From an uncultured Caulobacterales bacterium (GTDB lineage Bacteria > Pseudomonadota > Alphaproteobacteria > Caulobacterales > Maricaulaceae): a stretch of DNA of 64,000 nt. The notes under the pieces are model-generated. The model saw nothing but the letters and a program-made list of their open reading frames with translations. It ran no database searches and had not been told where the DNA came from. Each line of letters begins with the position of its first letter. Position 1 is the stretch's first letter. The DNA is taken from the NCBI GenBank assembly GCA_964534845.1, contig CAZHPV010000006.1:11140-75139 (forward strand), read 5' to 3'. Positions 20,535-30,217 of the stretch are shown here, piece after piece. The translations under genes and the position numbers were made by a program.

Positions 20535-21290
20535 ATGTCAGATAAAAACCATCTTATGCGCCGCAATATTCTTATAGGGATGGGGGCTGCGCTTACCTTA
20601 CCGGCTTGCGAAACGCTTGATCCGGCTGTAATTGACGGCATTTTAGGCGGCCCATCGGGGGCCGGATTTGGCTTGAGCCAAGCTGATGCGGATTTGGGTA
20701 TACGCACCGCCCTTAATAACGGGGTAAGCTCGGCTATTGGCACGATCGGGGTTCTTGACGGGTTTTGGCGCAATGATCTGATTAAAATAGCGCTGCCCAA
20801 CCAGATGCAAGGCTTGCAAAATACGTTCACACGATTTGGGGCCGGGGGATTGTTTGATGAGTTACACCAATCGCTAAACCGCGGGGCTGAAAAGGCGGTG
20901 CCCGTAGCAAAGGACATATTTGTCGGTGCGATCAGCCAGATGAGTATTCAGGACGCTATCGCGATTGTGCGGGGGCCTAATACGGCCGCAACTGATTTCC
21001 TAAAATCTGCGACCCAGTCAAAACTTGTGCAATCTTTCACGCCGATTATGGAAGACGCCCTTGGCCAAACGGGAGCAATCAGACTTGTCGGACAGCTCGA
21101 GCAAGCTATGGCGACTTTTCCTGTGCAAACAGGATTGTCTAATATCAAAGGGGATTTGATTACGCACGGCGTGAGTAAAGGCCTGGACGGTATGTTCTAT
21201 TATATTGGCGAGGAAGAAAAAGCGATCCGCGCCAATCCTGCCCAGCGTACAAGTGAAATACTCCGCCGTGTTTTCGGCGCGACTATATAA
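20535..21290 (+). CDS. DUF4197-family exported lipoprotein
   Basis: The ATG at 20535 has an AAGGAG Shine-Dalgarno sequence. Signal and lipobox MRRNILIGMGAALTLPAC, and the C-terminal motif LDGMFYYIGEEEKAIRANP typical of DUF4197 (from memory). Confidence 0.7.
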   Translation: MSDKNHLMRRNILIGMGAALTLPACETLDPAVIDGILGGPSGAGFGLSQADADLGIRTALNNGVSSAIGTIGVLDGFWRNDLIKIALPNQMQGLQNTFTRFGAGGLFDELHQSLNRGAEKAVPVAKDIFVGAISQMSIQDAIAIVRGPNTAATDFLKSATQSKLVQSFTPIMEDALGQTGAIRLVGQLEQAMATFPVQTGLSNIKGDLITHGVSKGLDGMFYYIGEEEKAIRANPAQRTSEILRRVFGATI

Positions 21291-21371
21291 GTCCGAGCGG
21301 CTCTGTTTATATAGCTGACTTCCGTTACCTTGACTTGGCGTTACAGCATTACCTGAACCCCGTTTAGAACA

Positions 21372-21944
21372 TTAGACGCGTTCCAGTTTATTATATGGTT
21401 TATCAGGCAATTGAATTTTTATTAAATCACTTGTTTTAATAATCCCGCCCGATATCACGATGCCCATGACACCTGATTTTCTGATTAACTCTCCTTTAGG
21501 CGTTTTATCTAACACAGCACTAAGAAGACCTTTTTGATAGTCATCGAGTTGTTTACATGGGTTTCTTAATCCCGTGATTTGGATGACGGCTTTATCACCA
21601 ATATAGAGCAAGCTATCGCGAGGCAATCCGAGTATATCTATGCCTTTTGTTGTGATGTTTTCGCCCATAACTCCCGGGCCAACTCGAAAGCCTTGTTCAA
21701 TAAGGGCATCGTGGAGTTCGCTGTGTATGAGGTGGACTTGTCGAAGGTTGGGTTGTGAGGGGTCTACAGCCACTCTAGACCTGTGCTTTACCGTTTTTCC
21801 TGAATGTGCGTCACCCTCAACGCCTTGACCTTCTATCAGATGAATTGAAGCACAAGGCGCTTTTGAGAAAGAATGTGTACTACTCTTACTCACAGCAATC
21901 ACATGCGCTTTTTGCAAAATTTGAACCATGCTAAACCTGCCCAA
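21372..21944 (-). CDS. MOSC domain-containing protein
   Basis: 190 aa with GENITTKGIDILGL...ITGLRNPCKQLD. The conserved Cys-containing MOSC motif is present. Confidence 0.8.
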   Translation of the reverse strand: MGRFSMVQILQKAHVIAVSKSSTHSFSKAPCASIHLIEGQGVEGDAHSGKTVKHRSRVAVDPSQPNLRQVHLIHSELHDALIEQGFRVGPGVMGENITTKGIDILGLPRDSLLYIGDKAVIQITGLRNPCKQLDDYQKGLLSAVLDKTPKGELIRKSGVMGIVISGGIIKTSDLIKIQLPDKPYNKLERV

Positions 21945-22137
21945 GCCTAGTTCTAATTGCTTATTTCATTTTTGTCTAATCACGCGCTCATATAGTCAGC
22001 GAATGGTAGAACGCGCTGTTGCGCAAGAAAGTCTGTCGGGCCAGTTTGAATGGCACCAGTAATATGCCGTAATTTCTCTATAGTAGGCATTTAGGAATTT
22101 TACTTGATAGGCGGGGGTTTTAAGGCTTAGCTGGGCC

Positions 22138-23319
22138 ATGGCCAAGATTATTCCATTAAAAGGCTTTAAGGTCGTCGAGATGTCCAATATGGTGACGGCC
22201 TCGCTATCCTCAATGATGTTGGCCCAGCAGGGCGCGGATGTGGTAAAAGTCGAACCTCTGGGTATTGGGGATAAATTACGTCATTTCGGGTCGCAGAAAA
22301 AAGGGATTTCTGGCGCCTTTAATAATTGCAACCGCGGAAAGAAGGGTCTTGCAATTAATCTGAAAGACCCGCGCGGTGTGGACGCCGTCCGAAAGCTGAT
22401 TTTGGATGCCGATATTCTTATTCATAATTACCGTCCCGGCGTAATGTCCAAATTAGGGCTCGGCTCTAAGGCGGTGCGGTCTGCCAAACCTGAGCTTATC
22501 GTCTGCTCCCTTACTGGTTTTGGCCGCATGGGCCCGTTAAAAGACGCGCCTGCTTTGGACCATGTCATTCAGGCCATGTCCGGATTTACGGATGTTCAGG
22601 GACATGAAAGCCATAAAGACTATGTGCGCATGTTGATCTGCGATAAAGTGACCGCCTATACCGCTGCGCAAGCGGTTACCAGTGCCATTGTTCACCGCCT
22701 GCGCACAGGCGAAGGGCAGCATATTGATATTTCCATGCTGGCGGCAAGCTTGGCCTTTTTATGGCCTGACGGTATGATGCATGAGACATTGCAGGCCGAT
22801 GATGTTGTAAATCTCGCACCGGCCTCGGCCTATTACCAAACCTTTAAAACCGAAGACGGCATGATTGCCGCCGCGCCCTTTGGTGATCCGGAGTGGAACG
22901 CGGTTTTTAAAATTTTAAACCGGCCAGACCTCGCCGCTAACCCGAAATATAACACGCTATTGGGTCGGGCGCAGAATATCACCGACCTGTTTGCTGAGCT
23001 TGATAAGATAAAGTTCGAGATGAGCTGTGAAGAAGCCTTAACGGTCTTACGAGAGGCAGATGTTGCTTGCGCGCCCTGTTTGTCGCTCGATCAATTACCC
23101 CGTCATGAACAGATCAAGGCCATTGGCGCTATTGAAACACAGATACATCCGCATTTGGGTCCGTTGCAAATGGCTGCAGCGCCCGTCTGGTTCGGGGGTG
23201 AGCCGCAAAACCCTTTGGGGCCTTCGCCTTTGCTTGGGGAGCACACGGAGTCCGTTTTGCGTGCGCTGGGCTATAAGCCCGGGGTCTTAAAAGATATGCG
23301 CGAGGCTGGTATAATTTAA
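22138..23319 (+). CDS. Family III CoA-transferase (CaiB/BaiF type)
   Basis: 393 aa with N-terminus PLKGFKVVEMSNMVTASL...GADVVKVEP and IHNYRPGVMSKLGLG. Confidence 0.85.
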   Translation: MAKIIPLKGFKVVEMSNMVTASLSSMMLAQQGADVVKVEPLGIGDKLRHFGSQKKGISGAFNNCNRGKKGLAINLKDPRGVDAVRKLILDADILIHNYRPGVMSKLGLGSKAVRSAKPELIVCSLTGFGRMGPLKDAPALDHVIQAMSGFTDVQGHESHKDYVRMLICDKVTAYTAAQAVTSAIVHRLRTGEGQHIDISMLAASLAFLWPDGMMHETLQADDVVNLAPASAYYQTFKTEDGMIAAAPFGDPEWNAVFKILNRPDLAANPKYNTLLGRAQNITDLFAELDKIKFEMSCEEALTVLREADVACAPCLSLDQLPRHEQIKAIGAIETQIHPHLGPLQMAAAPVWFGGEPQNPLGPSPLLGEHTESVLRALGYKPGVLKDMREAGII

Positions 23320-23355
23320 GGCACACATCTTTAATAATGTAGGGAGAGTGAGATT

Positions 23356-24063
23356 ATGTTTGCGGGACATTACGGACCGGCGGTTTGGGACACACAGCGC
23401 GGGACAAGCGAGCCGCTTATCAAAGTTTGGCAAGGCTTTCTAGCCGTGCAAGCTATGGATATTTTATGCGGCATACTGATAATTTTAGGGATCGAAGGCA
23501 ATGCCGATATGGTCAATGGTGTGCCGTTATTTCATATTCCGTGGTCACATTCTCTTCTGACCTCGCTCTTGCTTGCCGTCTGTGTGGGGGCACTATTTCG
23601 GATGTTAAGACCACAGGCAGGTGCCCGTGGTTTCTGGGTGATTGCGGGTCTTGTCTTTTCGCACTGGGTACTGGATTTAATCGTTCACCGTCCTGATTTG
23701 GCTCTCTTTCCGGGAAGTGACATTATGATGGGATTTGGTCTTTGGGATTTGCCCGTACTGGCTTTTGTCTTGGAAATGGCCTTATTGGCTGCAGGTCTGG
23801 CCTTTTGGCAGAAAGTCACAATCGCTAAGTCGAAAGCCTATAATATAGCGATTTGGGCGGCATTTGTTTTTATTGGTATCATTCATGCGGTTTTTGTTTT
23901 CTTACCTGGACTACAGGTCAAGCAGGGTACATTTAATCCCGCAGACACACCGCAAGGCCCAATTGCAGGCGTCTTGTTTCTGGTGACGTTTTTATCCGTG
24001 GCGGGGATTATCGCGCTGATTGAGCGCGGCCGGCCTTCGAAATATCAAGCGGAGAATAAATGA
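23356..24063 (+). CDS. Polytopic membrane protein of unknown function
   Basis: 235 aa with about 6 hydrophobic segments and conserved-looking His residues (WSHSLL, SHWVLDLIVH). It overlaps the next gene by 4 nt. Confidence 0.6.
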   Translation: MFAGHYGPAVWDTQRGTSEPLIKVWQGFLAVQAMDILCGILIILGIEGNADMVNGVPLFHIPWSHSLLTSLLLAVCVGALFRMLRPQAGARGFWVIAGLVFSHWVLDLIVHRPDLALFPGSDIMMGFGLWDLPVLAFVLEMALLAAGLAFWQKVTIAKSKAYNIAIWAAFVFIGIIHAVFVFLPGLQVKQGTFNPADTPQGPIAGVLFLVTFLSVAGIIALIERGRPSKYQAENK

Positions 24064-24860
24064 GACCTTTGCGCTTTTGGGGCCTCTATGTTTTATGGTT
24101 TAGCCTCTTGTCACTCTTGGGGGCTAACGGACAGGCGCAAAGCCTAAATGGAGAGCGCGCACAACCGCCCGCTTTGCAGTCAAACCCTTTGCAGACAGGT
24201 GCTTTCACAAAAGAGGTGCGATTAGCAGATATAGTCGCCGCTCAAGACCTTGCCGGAATGGCCCATATTTACGCGGCTGAGCAGAGTCTGCTTTGGCACA
24301 TATATGTGCCGCCGGACTATACACCGACAAAACCCGCAGGCTTATTTGTTTATATCAGCCCGTCAACAAAAGCGGATCCACCCCGCCCGTGGCGAAGCGT
24401 TTTAGCCAAGAAAAATTATATATATGTCAGTGCGGGCAGGGCTGGCAATAAAGTGCCAGCCAATCAACGTATCTTAAATGCGCTTCTGGCGGTGCAATAT
24501 ATGAATGCAAACTACGCGCTCGATGAGAGCCGTACGCTTATATCGGGTTTTTCGGGCGGGGCGCGGATTGCCTCGATTATTGTCGAGAGCGCGCCGGGTA
24601 TTTTTGAAGAGGCGGTTTTGATGGGCGGAGCGATTAAATCACAAACCTCGCTTGAAGCCTTAGGGCAAAAACTGGAGGGCGGAGCCTATGTCTTTATTAC
24701 GGGCCGAAAAGATCAGGCGCGGGATGAAATGAAAGCAAGTTACGCACAGTATAAAAAAGCGGGCCTTACGCGACTTAAATTTATTGATGAGCGCAATATA
24801 GGCCATGAGCTGCCCAAATCCAGAATCCTCAGGCGGGCCTTGGACTTTTTATCGTTTTAA
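24060..24860 (+). CDS. Secreted alpha/beta-hydrolase-like protein (putative esterase)
   Basis: Signal peptide, then a GFSGGA nucleophile-elbow-like motif. Confidence 0.55.
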   Translation: MRPLRFWGLYVLWFSLLSLLGANGQAQSLNGERAQPPALQSNPLQTGAFTKEVRLADIVAAQDLAGMAHIYAAEQSLLWHIYVPPDYTPTKPAGLFVYISPSTKADPPRPWRSVLAKKNYIYVSAGRAGNKVPANQRILNALLAVQYMNANYALDESRTLISGFSGGARIASIIVESAPGIFEEAVLMGGAIKSQTSLEALGQKLEGGAYVFITGRKDQARDEMKASYAQYKKAGLTRLKFIDERNIGHELPKSRILRRALDFLSF

Positions 24861-24878
24861 GCTGTGCCCGTGCGAGAC

Positions 24879-26213
24879 TTAATCATCCTTTTTATCACGG
24901 CGTGATGTTTTCTGGCGGTAGCTGCGGCCTGTCATAACCGCATCCTTGCCAAATTTTTCGCGGGCCTTGTCGGTGGCGCGCTCTGCCACACCACGTTTAA
25001 AGGCGGATGGGTCGAGCAGATCGCCGCTATCGCCTACCGGCACGGATAGATCGGATATACCCACACCGATGAGCCTAAAGCGCCTCCCATTGGCCTCTTT
25101 TTCCAGCAAGGGTTCGCAAGCCTTAAAGATGACATCAGCGAGCTGGACGGGTTGGGCCAATGTACGCCTGCGTGTCACGGTCTCGAAATAATTGGTCTTT
25201 AGTTTTAAGGTAACCACGCGTCCAGCGAGATTTTTAGCCTTAGAGCGATCAGCTGTTTTCACACAAATCATCCAAAGCCGGTCTTTAAGCGTTTCAAGAT
25301 CGGAAATATCTTTATTAAAGGTCGTTTCCGCCGATACGCTTTTGCGCTCACTTGATGGATTTACCGCTCGGCTATCCTCGGCTCTTGCCAGTCGGGCAAG
25401 ATGCAAGCCCATATCGCCAAACTGTTTGGCCATTTCTTTGTCTGTGCGTTTACGAACGTCTGCTATAGTTTGAATACCGGCTTTGTTGAGCGAGCGAGTA
25501 AAGGCCGGACCCACCCCGTAAATAAAACTAACAGGTTTCGGGGCAAGGAAATCAAGCGCCTCGTTACGCCCTATGACAGCGAAGCCTTGGGGCTTATCCA
25601 GATCAGAGGCGGTTTTGGCCAGAAATTTATTATAGCTCAAGCCGATAGACACGGTTACACCCACCTCGGACAGAATTTTGTTTTGCAAATCTATAAGTTG
25701 TTGGGCAGGGGTTTTCCCGGTCAGGCGTTCTGTGCCGGAGAGGTCCAAAAAGGCCTCATCTATCGAGAGGGGTTCGACGAGCGGGGTGAGGGTTTTCATC
25801 ATCGCCTTTATACGCGCGCCTTCATGGGCATATTTTGCCATATCACCGCTTATTACAACCGCTTGCGGGCAGGCTTTCAAGGCTTTGAACATGGGCATAG
25901 CTGAGCGCACACCGTAAATGCGGGCATGGTAACACGCAGCGGAGACGACACCGCGCGTACCGCCGCCGACAATAACAGGCTTGTCAGATAGTTCCGGGTT
26001 ATCCCGTTTTTCAACCGAGCAGTAAAAGGCATCGCAATCGACATGAGCGATGCTGAGCGTCGCGAGTTCTCTATGGGTAATAAATTGCCGTCCCCCGCAT
26101 GTTTGGCAAAGGGTAGGCTCCACTTCCTCTGAGCCGCAGCTTCGGCAGTAAGTCGTGAGCCGTGTTTTGCCTGACTGGGGGGCGTTATTATCTATGTCGT
26201 CAACCTGTCCCAA
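24879..26213 (-). CDS. dinB: DNA polymerase IV (Y-family) with an N-terminal CxxC-x9-CxxC extension
   Basis: HVDCDAFYCSVEKRDNPEL...VIVGG, plus a palm/fingers/little-finger layout. TTG start. An SOS box lies 22 nt upstream. Confidence 0.9.
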   Translation of the reverse strand: MGQVDDIDNNAPQSGKTRLTTYCRSCGSEEVEPTLCQTCGGRQFITHRELATLSIAHVDCDAFYCSVEKRDNPELSDKPVIVGGGTRGVVSAACYHARIYGVRSAMPMFKALKACPQAVVISGDMAKYAHEGARIKAMMKTLTPLVEPLSIDEAFLDLSGTERLTGKTPAQQLIDLQNKILSEVGVTVSIGLSYNKFLAKTASDLDKPQGFAVIGRNEALDFLAPKPVSFIYGVGPAFTRSLNKAGIQTIADVRKRTDKEMAKQFGDMGLHLARLARAEDSRAVNPSSERKSVSAETTFNKDISDLETLKDRLWMICVKTADRSKAKNLAGRVVTLKLKTNYFETVTRRRTLAQPVQLADVIFKACEPLLEKEANGRRFRLIGVGISDLSVPVGDSGDLLDPSAFKRGVAERATDKAREKFGKDAVMTGRSYRQKTSRRDKKDD

Positions 26214-26234
26214 GCTTTTACATCTTTTTAAATC

Positions 26235-26249
26235 GTTCCTGATATGTTC
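26235..26249. promoter_or_regulatory. Alphaproteobacterial SOS box (LexA site)
   Basis: Exact GTTC-N7-GTTC (GTTCctgatatGTTC) immediately upstream of dinB. Confidence 0.7.
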
Positions 26250-26383
26250 TGGATGATACCCTATGGATCATGGTTAATCTACTCCTAACGCTCAGGATAC
26301 GGTTGATTAAGGATATTCGTGTTATGTTAGGGGCATAAATAAAGTGACGCAGTCAATGAACTGCAAAAAGGTGAAATGGGAAT

Positions 26384-26767
26384 ATGTTACAGATCATGCC
26401 GAAAAAAGTCCTGATAGTTGAAGATAACGAATTGAACATGAGATTGTTCTCCGATCTTCTTGAGGCGCATGGATATGAGACCTTTCAGACCCGTGAAGGG
26501 CTTAAAGCCATTGAGATGGCCCGTAAATACGAGCCCGACCTTATCATTATGGATATTCAATTACCTGAAGTGTCTGGTCTGGAAGTCACAAAATGGCTCA
26601 AGGACGATATAAAACTAGCCAAAATTCCGGTCGTAGCCGTGACGGCCTTTGCCATGAAGGGCGATGAAAAACGTATTCGCGACGGCGGGTGTGAAGCTTA
26701 TATTGCAAAGCCGATAACAGTGTCCTCTTTTCTCTCAACTGTGAGAAAATTTGTAGAGGTTGACTAG
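26384..26767 (+). CDS. divK: Cell-cycle single-domain response regulator DivK
   Basis: [33 protein letters not shown]...[17 protein letters not shown]...[13 protein letters not shown] is nearly collinear with Caulobacter DivK as I recall it. The start may be the ATG at 26396. Confidence 0.9.
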   Translation: MLQIMPKKVLIVEDNELNMRLFSDLLEAHGYETFQTREGLKAIEMARKYEPDLIIMDIQLPEVSGLEVTKWLKDDIKLAKIPVVAVTAFAMKGDEKRIRDGGCEAYIAKPITVSSFLSTVRKFVEVD

Positions 26768-26769
26768 CT

Positions 26770-28131
26770 ATGAGCGCGCGTATTTTAGTCGTCGATGATC
26801 TTGCGCCTAATCGAAACCTATTAGAAGTTAAGTTATCCGCCGAATATTATGATGTTTTAACGGCGTCTAATGGTTATGATGCCTTAAAAATTACGGAAAC
26901 CGAAAAGCTCGACCTGATCTTAATGGATGCGATGATGCCGGGTTTGAACGGGTTCGAGACGTGTAAATTACTCAAGTCAAATCCCAATACCTGGCATATC
27001 CCTGTTGTTATGGTAACAGCATTGGAAGAAACCAAGGACAGAATTCGAGGCCTAGAGGCGGGAGCTGATGATTTTGCGACTAAGCCGATTGATGATTTTA
27101 ATCTTATGGCGCGTGTCAGATCACTATTGCGCTTAAAAATGGTCACAGACCAGCTTTTGATACATTCCCAGCAATCCGTTGCTGAGGCGCGTCCGCTCTT
27201 TGATAATATTAAGTGTGAAAACGCCCATATCGTGCTGGTTGAAGATGAGGAAACGCGCGCTCGTAAAATTACTGGCCCGCTGGAAATGCGCCATAAGGTA
27301 ACGATCGAAGCGGATCCCGCAAAAGTTCTTAAAAAACTGGCAAGCGGTGCAGATCTGATAATTGTGAGTTTGGTGTCCAAAAACTTCGATGGTTTGAAAT
27401 TGTGCGCAGCGCTACGCTCACGCGAGCAAACACGGGATATCCCCTTACTTGTTATCGGTGACCAAGAGGACGAAACCCGCATGGTGCGGGCTTATGATTT
27501 GGGTGTTAATGACACATTGATGCGCCCCATAGAATCTCAGGAATTACTGGCGCGTACCTCAACACAAATCCGGCGCAAATTTTACGCGGATAATTTACGC
27601 GAAAACTTTAATCAAAATTTGGAAATGGTAGTGACCGACCCTTTAACGGGTTTGGGCAATCGCCGTTATTTTGACCGGTCTATCGAGCCTATGTTTAAAG
27701 CCTTGGAAGATCACAATGAGCCGTTTTCGATAATGGTTTTCGATATTGACCACTTCAAAAGGGTCAATGATATTCTCGGGCATGATATGGGCGACCAGAT
27801 TTTGCGTGAAGTTGCCGCAAGATTGGCGACAAATATGCGCGCACAAGATATCGTGAGCCGTTATGGCGGCGAAGAATTTATGGTCGCCATGCCGGGTACA
27901 AAACAATCTGAGGCGCTTAAGGCGGCGGATAGGATGCGGGCCTTGATTGGGGGCACGCCGATTTATCTGGACGGACAAGCCTTGCATGTCACGACAAGTG
28001 TAGGTGTTGCCGAAATCTTGAAGGACGAGAAATTACGTGATGTATTCAAACGGGCCGATGCCGCGCTTTATAAAGCCAAGCTTGAAGGGCGCAATAAGGC
28101 CATGATGGCAAGCCCAAAAAAAGCCGCATAA
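26770..28131 (+). CDS. pleD: Response-regulator diguanylate cyclase PleD (REC-REC-GGDEF)
   Basis: MSARILVVDD..., two receiver domains and a GGEEF active site. It lies 2 nt after divK. Confidence 0.92.
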   Translation: MSARILVVDDLAPNRNLLEVKLSAEYYDVLTASNGYDALKITETEKLDLILMDAMMPGLNGFETCKLLKSNPNTWHIPVVMVTALEETKDRIRGLEAGADDFATKPIDDFNLMARVRSLLRLKMVTDQLLIHSQQSVAEARPLFDNIKCENAHIVLVEDEETRARKITGPLEMRHKVTIEADPAKVLKKLASGADLIIVSLVSKNFDGLKLCAALRSREQTRDIPLLVIGDQEDETRMVRAYDLGVNDTLMRPIESQELLARTSTQIRRKFYADNLRENFNQNLEMVVTDPLTGLGNRRYFDRSIEPMFKALEDHNEPFSIMVFDIDHFKRVNDILGHDMGDQILREVAARLATNMRAQDIVSRYGGEEFMVAMPGTKQSEALKAADRMRALIGGTPIYLDGQALHVTTSVGVAEILKDEKLRDVFKRADAALYKAKLEGRNKAMMASPKKAA

Positions 28132-28172
28132 GCGGCTTGGTTTCGGTAACGTCTATCTAGAAAGCCCGCGCT

Positions 28173-28340
28173 TTATTTTATTTTACCTTCTTTGAACTCA
28201 ACATGCTTGCGAGCAATCGGGTCATATTTACGCTTGACCATTTTCTCGGTCATTGTGCGTGAATTTTTTTTCGTGACGTAGAAATATCCAGTCCCTGCGG
28301 TCGAGTTGAGACGGATTTTAGTAGTTGTTGGCTTCGCCAT
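28173..28340 (-). CDS. rpmG: 50S ribosomal protein L33
   Basis: Hand translation of the minus strand gives [55 protein letters not shown]. It is 55 aa and absent from the ORF track. Confidence 0.93.
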   Translation of the reverse strand: MAKPTTTKIRLNSTAGTGYFYVTKKNSRTMTEKMVKRKYDPIARKHVEFKEGKIK

Positions 28341-28574
28341 AACGGAACGCCTTTCATAGTCAAAATTTAAGCGCGGAACATAGCCATAAGCTTGCCGATG
28401 TCAATAGCGATATTTTTACGAAAAAGGGTGTGCGGCGCTTATCTTAAAGCGTGAAGATTTAATTCTCACTAGATAAATTTTTAATGCTGGTAAAAAAAGG
28501 TTTGAGTTTATGGGCAAATGGGTAAAATAATGCCGATAGAAAGATTATGCCATAATGGTGAATAGGGAAAAGAT

Positions 28575-29684
28575 ATGAAAACGCGCGCAGCAGTCGCTTT
28601 TGAAGCCAAGAAACCTTTGGAAATTGTCGAACTAGACCTTGACGGGCCAAAAGACGGGGAAGTTCTGGTGGAAATAATGGCCACAGGTATTTGTCACACA
28701 GATGCTTATACATTGGACGGGTTTGACAGTGAGGGGCTCTTTCCCAGTATTTTAGGCCATGAGGGTGCGGGAATAGTGCGCGAGGTTGGCAAGGGTGTAA
28801 GCAGTGTTACGCCCGGAGATCATGTTATCCCGCTTTACACACCGGAATGTCGCCAGTGTAAATCCTGTCTGTCGGGGAAAACCAATTTATGTACAGCCAT
28901 TCGGGCCACGCAAGGCAAAGGCTTAATGCCTGACGGGACATCGCGCTTTAGCTATAAAGGTCAGACTATCTATCATTATATGGGCTGCTCAACCTTTTCC
29001 AACTTTACAGTTCTGCCGGAAATTGCGGTCGCGAAAATTCGTGATGATGCGCCCTTTAATACAAGCTGTTATATTGGTTGCGGCGTAACAACGGGAATAG
29101 GCGCTGTGACGAACACGGCCAAAGTTCAGGCGGGTGATAATGTGATTGTTTTTGGTCTTGGCGGTATTGGGCTCAATGTGCTTCAGGCTGCGAAAATGGT
29201 GGGCGCCAGTAAAATAATCGGTGTTGATATAAACAATTCCAAAAAATCCTGGGGAGAAAAATTCGGCATGACAGATTTCGTCAATCCCAATGAGATTGAC
29301 GGCGATATTGTCGAACATCTTGTCGGTCTGACAGATGGCGGGGCGGATTTCACATTTGATTGTACCGGCAATACGATTGTTATGCGACAGGCCCTAGAAG
29401 CATGTCATCGCGGCTGGGGCGTGTCTGTGGTGATTGGCGTCGCGGAAGCGGGTAAAGAGATAGCAACACGTCCTTTTCAGCTTGTTACCGGACGTGTGTG
29501 GAAAGGCACGGCTTTTGGCGGCGCGAAAGGCCGCACAGATGTGCCTAAAATTGTAGATTGGTACATGAACGGTAAAATTCAGATCGACCCGATGATAACC
29601 CATACGTTAAGTTTAGACGAGATCAATAAGGGTTTTGACCTCATGCATGAGGGGAAATCTATTCGGAGTGTCGTCGTCTATTAG
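28575..29684 (+). CDS. adhC: S-(hydroxymethyl)glutathione dehydrogenase / class III alcohol dehydrogenase
   Basis: 369 aa with [22 protein letters not shown]..., the zinc ligands GICHTD and GHEGAGIV, and the ending KSIRSVVVY. Confidence 0.93.
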   Translation: MKTRAAVAFEAKKPLEIVELDLDGPKDGEVLVEIMATGICHTDAYTLDGFDSEGLFPSILGHEGAGIVREVGKGVSSVTPGDHVIPLYTPECRQCKSCLSGKTNLCTAIRATQGKGLMPDGTSRFSYKGQTIYHYMGCSTFSNFTVLPEIAVAKIRDDAPFNTSCYIGCGVTTGIGAVTNTAKVQAGDNVIVFGLGGIGLNVLQAAKMVGASKIIGVDINNSKKSWGEKFGMTDFVNPNEIDGDIVEHLVGLTDGGADFTFDCTGNTIVMRQALEACHRGWGVSVVIGVAEAGKEIATRPFQLVTGRVWKGTAFGGAKGRTDVPKIVDWYMNGKIQIDPMITHTLSLDEINKGFDLMHEGKSIRSVVVY

Positions 29685-29824
29685 GTCACATTTAGGCTCG
29701 ACATTTTTACGAAATTAATTGGCTGACAAAAAGCTAAGCGCCAATTTCTTAAACCTTCTTAAAGATTTAAACCCGTAATTAGATGTTGGGGAAATGGGGC
29801 GTGCGCTTTAACGGAGGGGTCAAA

Positions 29825-30217
29825 ATGCACTCTGCGCATTGGCAAGACGTCCTAACATTATTTTGTATGACCATTCTCGCAGATGAGAAAGTCTATCAAG
29901 AAGAGGTTGAGGCCTTTATCGAGGCCGGTTTGGCCCTTAAGGCTCGGCTCAGTCCGAAAATCATGCTCACACGACACATGATGGTGGATTGGTTCAAGCT
30001 TTACCGCGAAGATCTCGGTGAGATAATGAAAGGCCCTGAGCGGTCGGTTGTCATTCAAAACTGTCTGGATAATTTGCAAGATGTCCCTGAACGTTCGGAA
30101 ATTGCCACCTCTCTTATAGAGATCGCGAGGTCGGACGGTTATAAACACCGTAATGAAATCAATATTATCCACTTGGCGCATAATGCATGGGGACTTACCC
30201 TGCCACTCGCCTCTTAA
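29825..30217 (+). CDS. TerB-fold (tellurite-resistance TerB-like) small protein
   Basis: The ATG at 29825 has a GGAGG Shine-Dalgarno sequence. Motifs ILADEKVYQEEVEAF and IARSDGYKHRNEINII are TerB-like. Confidence 0.5.
   Translation: MHSAHWQDVLTLFCMTILADEKVYQEEVEAFIEAGLALKARLSPKIMLTRHMMVDWFKLYREDLGEIMKGPERSVVIQNCLDNLQDVPERSEIATSLIEIARSDGYKHRNEINIIHLAHNAWGLTLPLAS

Noticed and set aside
28459-28713. 84-aa minus-strand ORF between rpmG and adhC
   Set aside because: It overlaps the adhC start, has no Shine-Dalgarno sequence and is compositionally odd. The real small gene in this gap is rpmG.
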